37,017 nucleotides of DNA from a virus, in IMG/VR virus record IMGVR_UViG_3300045988_143004, one strand, 5' to 3'. The first letter of the stretch is position 1; every line of letters begins with the position of its first letter. Shown here in pieces: positions 32,825-37,017 of this stretch. A program made the translations under genes and the position numbers. Under the pieces are notes generated by a model. The model had not been told where the DNA came from, ran no database searches, and saw nothing but the letters and a program-made list of their open reading frames with translations.

Positions 32825-33031
32825 TTGTCAAATCAATGTCCTTATTGTGGAAGTTTACATTTCGGAAAAATTGAAACCGGTTCTCCTAATGTTAAATATG
32901 TATTAACTCAAGTTGATTTATCTTCAAATGCATTTTTAGCAACATCAGGATTGCCTGTAGATGCTTACGGTTGTTCCGATTGTAAAAAAATAATACTTTC
33001 TAGTGATAGCCTAAATTTCCATCAGAAATAA
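32825..33031 (+). CDS. Zinc-ribbon protein (68 aa, TTG start) on the strand opposite to the early operon
   Basis: GGAGGTGA lies 5 nt before the TTG at 32825. Contains CPYCGS ... CSDCKK. The N-terminal part of track ORF 32720-33031 is low-complexity. Confidence 0.45.
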   Translation: MSNQCPYCGSLHFGKIETGSPNVKYVLTQVDLSSNAFLATSGLPVDAYGCSDCKKIILSSDSLNFHQK

Positions 33032-33125
33032 TATTGGCTGTTATTTTTACATCAGTTGTTCCAGCAACTGGTGTTTTATTATTTAATAATTCTTTTAGCT
33101 CTTCTACCGTGCATTTTATTTCCAT
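33000..33125 (-). CDS. Possible 41-aa ORF (MEIKCTVEELKELLNNKTPVAGTTDVKITANIISDGNLGYH)
   Basis: GAAGGTGAG RBS. It overlaps the 3' end of the plus-strand zinc-ribbon ORF by 32 nt. Confidence 0.25.
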   Translation of the reverse strand: MEIKCTVEELKELLNNKTPVAGTTDVKITANIISDGNLGYH

Positions 33126-33213
33126 CTTCTCACCTTCTTTCGTTTTTTTTCTTAATTCTTTCGTGCAAATTTACGTGAATTTTTTTAGAATTAAATTTTT
33201 GAATTAAACATCC

Positions 33214-33417
33214 TTATCTGTATATTTGCTTTAATATTTCATAAAACTGATCTTTATCAGCTCTCATCGATTTTTCACCTATTTTTATTAGAACACCTTG
33301 CATTTCTTGCCTTTTAAATATTCTATATATTTGCATTGTTGTTGTACTTAGCTCTTCTGCTAATTCTTTAGCAGTTACATACTTTGTTCTTTTTTTGCTT
33401 AACATATTTGTAGCCAT
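33214..33417 (-). CDS. Excisionase-family (HTH_17 / MerR-like) DNA-binding protein (67 aa)
   Basis: YVTAKELAEELSTTTMQIYRIFKRQEMQGVLIKIGEKSMRADKDQFYEIL fits the Xis-type HTH pattern. Confidence 0.55.
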   Translation of the reverse strand: MATNMLSKKRTKYVTAKELAEELSTTTMQIYRIFKRQEMQGVLIKIGEKSMRADKDQFYEILKQIYR

Positions 33418-33449
33418 TTAAATCACCTCATTTTTCCTCACTTATTTTT

Positions 33450-33462
33450 TCACATTTTGTGA
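33450..33462. promoter_or_regulatory. Operator O1 (TCACATTTTGTGA), distal copy between cro-like and xis-like genes
   Basis: Perfect TCACA-N3-TGTGA palindrome, identical to O2 and O3. Confidence 0.6.
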
Positions 33463-33467
33463 TTTTA

Positions 33468-33653
33468 TTAATTAAAAAAAATATTTGTATCGAATTGTGG
33501 GTATGCTTTTTTTAATTTAGTTATAAATCCTCTGCTAGGTTTCCTTACACCATATTCAATTTTCTCGTATAGAGACTTTGAAACTCTTATACTTGTTGAA
33601 AATTCTGTGATTGTAAGGCCTAATGAAAGTCTAAATTCTTTTAACTGTTCCAC
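33468..33653 (-). CDS. Cro-like XRE HTH repressor (61 aa, GTG start)
   Basis: LGLTITEFSTSIRVSKSLYEKIEYGVRKPS is an HTH. It is divergent from the cI-like gene. Confidence 0.7.
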   Translation of the reverse strand: MEQLKEFRLSLGLTITEFSTSIRVSKSLYEKIEYGVRKPSRGFITKLKKAYPQFDTNIFFN

Positions 33654-33668
33654 TTTCTCACACCTCCT

Positions 33669-33783
33669 TCACATTTTGTGATTTTATTTTATTTCACATT
33701 TTGTGATTTGTCAATACCTTTTTTTTATTTTTTTTATATTTTTTCACATTTTGTGTTTTATGTTTACTTTTCACATTTTGTGT
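33669..33783. promoter_or_regulatory. Genetic switch region: operators O2 33669-33681, O3 33694-33706, O4 33744-33756, O5 33771-33783, plus divergent promoters
   Basis: The leftward promoter TTGACA-17-TAAAAT (33686-33714) has O3 in its spacer and O2 at +1. The rightward promoter TTTACT-17-TATACT (33763-33791) has O5 in its spacer. O4 and O5 are half-degenerate (TCACATTTTGTGT). Confidence 0.7.
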
Positions 33784-33813
33784 GGTATACTTTATTTGTT
33801 AGGAGGTGTTTTA

Positions 33814-34149
33814 ATGATTGGTAATAGAATAAAAATATTAAGAGAAGAACTTGGTTTAAAACAAGAGGAGCTTGCAAAAAAATTAAATATTTCTCCTAGT
33901 AGCATTGGAATGTATGAAACTAACAAAAGAGAGCCTAATAACGAAATAACTATAAAATTAGCCGATTTTTTCGGAGTATCTACTGATTATTTGCTAGGAA
34001 AATCTGACATAAGAAAATCTGATGCAGAAATAAAAAAAGAATTTGATTTTGCATACCACAAAGACGCAGAAGGCTTAACAGATGAAGAAATTGCTGATGC
34101 AATAAGATTCTATAAGCAAATAAAATACGGAAAAAAAGACAATAAATAA
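33814..34149 (+). CDS. CI-like XRE-family repressor (111 aa from ATG 33814)
   Basis: AGGAGG RBS. IGNRIKILREELGLKQEELAKKLNISPSSIGMYETNKREP is an HTH_3. The track ORF start at 33703 is an F/I-rich read-through of the operator region. Confidence 0.8.
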   Translation: MIGNRIKILREELGLKQEELAKKLNISPSSIGMYETNKREPNNEITIKLADFFGVSTDYLLGKSDIRKSDAEIKKEFDFAYHKDAEGLTDEEIADAIRFYKQIKYGKKDNK

Positions 34150-34173
34150 TTAAAAATACAAAGGAGATTAATA

Positions 34174-34971
34174 ATGAACGATAATAATTTACCTCAAATG
34201 GACATAAATGTTGATTTCACAAAAACAGTAGAAGACGCATATACTGATGGAATTTCTAAACCATTAAAAAGTAGTAGTAAAATTTTTACAACATTAATGG
34301 ACTTTTTCCATAATACTGTCTTATACCCTATGCAAAAATATAATTTATATGCAAATAATAAATTAGAAAATTATGCTATTGAATTACAAAATAAAGTTAA
34401 AACAATCCCTGCAGAGAATTTAGTAAGTCCAAGGGTTAATATTTTGGGACCTACCATTGATGGATTGAAATATAATTTAGATGAAGAATATATAAAAGAA
34501 ATGTTTACTAATATTTTAATGTCTGATATGGATGATAGAACACAAAATAAAGTTCTCCCTTCATATATTGAAATAGTTAAACAACTAAGCAAAGATGATG
34601 CTAAATTTATAACTAACTTAAAGTCTAATAATTTAATAGATGAATTACCAATAATTAAATTGAAATTAGTAAGTAACGAGAATAGTTCTTTTAATTATAT
34701 AAGTCCTAGTTTTATTTGCTTATCTGATGGAAACTACCTAGAAATTCCACAAATAGTACTAGACAATCTTACTAGATTGCAAATACTAGAAGTTGACTAC
34801 GAGACTTTTTTTCAAAATGCAACAAGTTATAATAAATCATTTGAAAATTTAAAAAAGATTTCTAAGTTCATTCAATATTCAAATAAACCAAATAAACACA
34901 TAGAGCCAAAAAAAGGATTATTATTATTTACAAGTTTTGGTAAAAATTTTATTGATGTAAGTCTTTCTTAA
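34174..34971 (+). CDS. Abi-alpha (DUF4393)-like abortive-infection family protein (265 aa)
   Basis: LDEEYIKEMFTNILMSDMDDRTQNKVLPSYIEIVKQLSKDDAKFITNL matches the ..mFa.LLa.smD......hPsFveIikqLspdEAkiL core. It appears co-transcribed with the repressor. Confidence 0.6.
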   Translation: MNDNNLPQMDINVDFTKTVEDAYTDGISKPLKSSSKIFTTLMDFFHNTVLYPMQKYNLYANNKLENYAIELQNKVKTIPAENLVSPRVNILGPTIDGLKYNLDEEYIKEMFTNILMSDMDDRTQNKVLPSYIEIVKQLSKDDAKFITNLKSNNLIDELPIIKLKLVSNENSSFNYISPSFICLSDGNYLEIPQIVLDNLTRLQILEVDYETFFQNATSYNKSFENLKKISKFIQYSNKPNKHIEPKKGLLLFTSFGKNFIDVSLS

Positions 34972-35146
34972 TTTTGTCAATATCTTGTTTTATTTTAGAT
35001 ATTTCATCAAAAGACTTTCCAATATAATCGCATTGTGTTTCAAAACCTTTTAAGTTTATATCATTTAACTTAATTATTTGATAGCAAGTAATTTTATAAG
35101 TTATGTAGCAACACAACAATATAATTAAAATATAAATTAAAAACAT
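34949..35146 (-). CDS. Small membrane protein (65 aa from ATG 35146)
   Basis: AGAGGTGA RBS. TM segment MFLIYILIILLCCYITY followed by a coiled C-terminus. Confidence 0.45.
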   Translation of the reverse strand: MFLIYILIILLCCYITYKITCYQIIKLNDINLKGFETQCDYIGKSFDEISKIKQDIDKIKKDLHQ

Positions 35147-35213
35147 TACAATCACCTCTACGTGAATTATATCATAATTTCTATAAAAACACATTAAATT
35201 TGGAGGAAAATAT

Positions 35214-35621
35214 ATGGAATTAAATAAATTGTATGACATAGTAAAAAGAGAAAATATATCTATAGAAGACTTCAAAATGAAAAATAAAGCAATTATAGAA
35301 CAAATAGATAAAGAATATTATATTGGATTAAATTATTCGAAAATAGAAAGCATTACAGAAGAGAAAGAACTTCTAGCAGAGGAACTAGGACATTACTATT
35401 GTAATGCTTTTTATAATAGCTCTTCTTCCCTGTCTTCAATTGCACAAAAAGAATATAGAGCTAATAAATGGAAATGTACTGTATTAGTTTCTGTAAACGA
35501 TTTAAAAGAAGCTTTTAAAAAGGGATTAAGAAATATATATGAAATCGCTGATTATCTAAGCTTATCTGAGGATACAGTTGCATTTGCTTATAATTATTAC
35601 AAAGAAAATTCTTATTTTTAG
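35214..35621 (+). CDS. ImmA/IrrE-like protein with a degenerate metal motif (EELGH instead of HEXXH), 135 aa
   Basis: ..YIGLNYSKIESITEEKELLAEELGHYYCNAFY has the layout of short phage ImmA/IrrE proteins, but the first His is Glu. Confidence 0.45.
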   Translation: MELNKLYDIVKRENISIEDFKMKNKAIIEQIDKEYYIGLNYSKIESITEEKELLAEELGHYYCNAFYNSSSSLSSIAQKEYRANKWKCTVLVSVNDLKEAFKKGLRNIYEIADYLSLSEDTVAFAYNYYKENSYF

Positions 35622-35631
35622 GAGGTAACTT

Positions 35632-36708
35632 ATGGCTTTTACTTATACAAAAAGATCTGATGGCAGACTAATGAAAAGAGTTTCCGTTAATGGAAAATTA
35701 AAAACACTTTATTCCGACAATGTTAAGGATTTAGAAAAACAATATATTGAATATAAACACTTAGATAATAAAGGTATTGAACTTGAAAACGAAACAATTA
35801 CAGTTTCAACATGGGCAGACGAATATTTAAAAACATATAAGAAAAATGTAACAAAGGGTACATATAAAATGTATTCTGATATTATCAGATTGTACATTAA
35901 ACCTAATATAGGAAATATTAAATTAAAAAAATTAAAGCAAAGTGACATCGTCAATTTAGTTAATACACTTGAAGAAAAAAAATTGACAAAAACAATAACA
36001 GATACATTAATACTTATAAAATCTATGTTAAATAAAGCTGTGGAAAATGATTACATATATAAAAATGTTGCTATTGGGATTACACCCCAAAAGCGAGCAA
36101 AAACAGAAAAAGTTCCATTAACAATCGAAACTATAGATAAAATAAAAGAACTTGCTAAAACCAATGATAATGCTTTTATGGTTTTATTTCTAATATATAC
36201 TGGTCTTCGTAGAGGAGAAATTATACCATTAAAATATAAAGATATTGACATCACTAATAAAATTATTAATGTCAACAAAGCTGTTTATATTGCTACAAAT
36301 CAACCAGAGATTAAAGATACTAAAAATCACGAAAATAGAAAAGTTCCGATTTTTAATATTATATATGGTAGACTTGCAGAAATGAAGGAAACCAATAAGG
36401 ATGATAATTATGTATTCCCTAGTAAGCATAATAAAATTATGAGTCAAACTTCAATTAGAAGAAAATTAGATAATGTTTTACACTTATTAAACAAAGACTT
36501 AGAAAAGGAAGAAGATAAAATTACATTTACTTTACACCAACTTCGTCATACTTTTGCTTGCATTCTGTATAAAGCTGGAATTGATGCCAAGCAAGCACAA
36601 CTTTGGACTGGACATAAAGATATTCGAGTATTGTTAGATATATATACACATTTAGATTCGCAAGACAACCAACAGGCTGTTGAAAAAGTGAATCAATTTT
36701 TAGGTTAA
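35632..36708 (+). CDS. int: Tyrosine integrase (358 aa)
   Basis: TGLRRGEI (Arg I), HQLRHTF (H-x-x-R) and GHKDIRVLLDIYTHL (His/Tyr nucleophile box). Confidence 0.9.
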   Translation: MAFTYTKRSDGRLMKRVSVNGKLKTLYSDNVKDLEKQYIEYKHLDNKGIELENETITVSTWADEYLKTYKKNVTKGTYKMYSDIIRLYIKPNIGNIKLKKLKQSDIVNLVNTLEEKKLTKTITDTLILIKSMLNKAVENDYIYKNVAIGITPQKRAKTEKVPLTIETIDKIKELAKTNDNAFMVLFLIYTGLRRGEIIPLKYKDIDITNKIINVNKAVYIATNQPEIKDTKNHENRKVPIFNIIYGRLAEMKETNKDDNYVFPSKHNKIMSQTSIRRKLDNVLHLLNKDLEKEEDKITFTLHQLRHTFACILYKAGIDAKQAQLWTGHKDIRVLLDIYTHLDSQDNQQAVEKVNQFLG

Positions 36709-36710
36709 AT

Positions 36711-36733
36711 TTGACACACCTATTTGACACACT
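36711..36733 (+). repeat. Copy A of the 23-bp motif TTGACACACcTATTTGACACACT; candidate integrase arm-type site pair
   Basis: Matches 22/23 with 36935-36957, in direct orientation. Begins 3 nt after the int stop. Confidence 0.8.
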
Positions 36734-36789
36734 AAATATGTTAAAATTGTTATATATGTTATATAATTTAATAATAATTTTTAAGTATA

Positions 36790-36822
36790 AAAACCGCCAA
36801 ATGTATTAAAATGGCGGTTTTT
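36790..36822. terminator. Bidirectional rho-independent terminator
   Basis: AAAACCGCCA-aatgtattaaaa-TGGCGGTTTTT, with an A-run before and a T-run after. Confidence 0.75.
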
Positions 36823-36826
36823 GTTT

Positions 36827-36876
36827 TGGAGCTGCTGGGGAGAATCGAACTCCCGACCTACAGGTTACGAATCTGT
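36827..36876 (-). other. 3' fragment (anticodon arm to CCA) of a tRNA-Thr(CGU)-like gene; candidate attP core
   Basis: The minus strand reads ACAGA-TTCGTAA-CCTGT AGGTC GGGAG-TTCGATT-CTCCC CAGCAGC T CCA. No D arm or 5' acceptor strand (GCTGCTG) lies upstream. Confidence 0.7.
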
Positions 36877-36898
36877 TTTCCGTAGCTCCTATATTACG

Positions 36899-37017
36899 TT
36901 ATTTTATTATTTCTTTGTGTGTTCATGTGTCTTCTTGACACACTTATTTGACACACTTTCTTTTCAAAAATGTTTCTATACTTTCTTCTATATTATTAAC
37001 ATTATTTGTTTTTGCAA
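36899..37017. repeat. Right arm of the perfect 119-bp terminal inverted repeat (contains motif copy B at 36935-36957)
   Basis: Exact reverse complement of 1-119. Confidence 0.95.

Larger units (their letters stand above)
1..37017. mobile_element. Temperate siphovirus-type phage genome (lysogeny, early/replication, packaging, head, tail, lysis, accessory cargo); most genes between 3.7 and 33.7 kb are on the minus strand
   Basis: Canonical module order recognised from translated ORFs: int, cI/cro, replication, RinA-like, TerS/TerL/portal/MuF/scaffold/capsid, connectors, major tail, G/GT, tape measure, tail tip, fibre, holin/lysin. Confidence 0.9.

Noticed and set aside
33703-33813. N-terminal 37-aa extension of the cI-like ORF (MICQYLFFIFFIFFHILCF...)
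   Set aside because: It reads through the operator/promoter region. The true start is the ATG at 33814, which is preceded by AGGAGG. The extension merely translates T-rich regulatory DNA.
35147-35275. Upstream 43-aa extension of the minus-strand ORF 34949-35275
   Set aside because: There is no RBS at 35275, and the extension overlaps the start and RBS of the plus-strand ImmA-like gene. An internal ATG at 35146 has AGAGGTGA and begins the TM segment.
36827-36898. Possible D-armless tRNA-like fold using GGAGCT (36885-36890, minus strand) paired with AGCTCC at the 3' end
   Set aside because: It requires four unpaired extra nucleotides in the acceptor region and has no D arm. The pairing follows trivially from the GCTGC/AGCTCC self-similarity. 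A truncated att-type fragment is the simpler reading.

Overview
This very AT-rich 37,017-bp window is essentially one temperate siphovirus-type phage genome from a low-GC, probably spore-forming Firmicute (Clostridia-like). Reading right to left, mostly on the minus strand, the modules are as follows. (1) Tyrosine integrase with an attP-like region (36.7-37.0 kb), an ImmA-like gene, an Abi-alpha-like gene, and a cI/cro switch with five 13-bp palindromic operators (33.4-34.2 kb). (2) Early and replication genes: SSB-like, replisome organiser with internal iterons, DnaC-like loader, RusA, orphan adenine methyltransferase and many small Cys-rich ORFs. (3) A RinA/ArpU-like late regulator followed by a promoter-leader-terminator unit. 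(4) TerS, TerL, a DUF2829 (Tad2-like) gene, portal, a MuF head protein fused to an ADP-ribosyltransferase domain, a tRNA-Trp plus zinc-ribbon membrane gene, scaffold and capsid. (5) Connectors, major tail, G/GT chaperones, a Com-like zinc finger, tape measure, tail tip, collar-domain fibre, and holin plus endolysin. (6) A 3.5-kb accessory island at the left end (1-3.5 kb). The most interesting unexplained content is in that island. (a) A three-gene operon encodes a PARP/DUF3990-like ART, an 87-aa W-rich protein and a SecB-like chaperone. This is toxin-antitoxin-chaperone (TAC) architecture with a non-canonical toxin. (b) A Spo0E-like peptide gene, missed by the ORF track, sits beside an XRE-HTH::Spo0E-like fusion in a SinR/SinI-like arrangement. 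(c) Two cargo promoters, at 942-985 and 18352-18395, share an identical 18-bp element made of tandem consensus Spo0A boxes in spoIIG-type geometry. Together these suggest the phage is wired into the host sporulation phosphorelay. The window also ends in perfect 119-bp inverted repeats. It carries a truncated tRNA-Thr 3' fragment flanked by direct repeats, as expected for attP. It shows at least three homopolymer frame breaks in the lysis/fibre region plus a frame break in the replisome organiser. All family assignments come from reading motifs in the translations. No searches were run.
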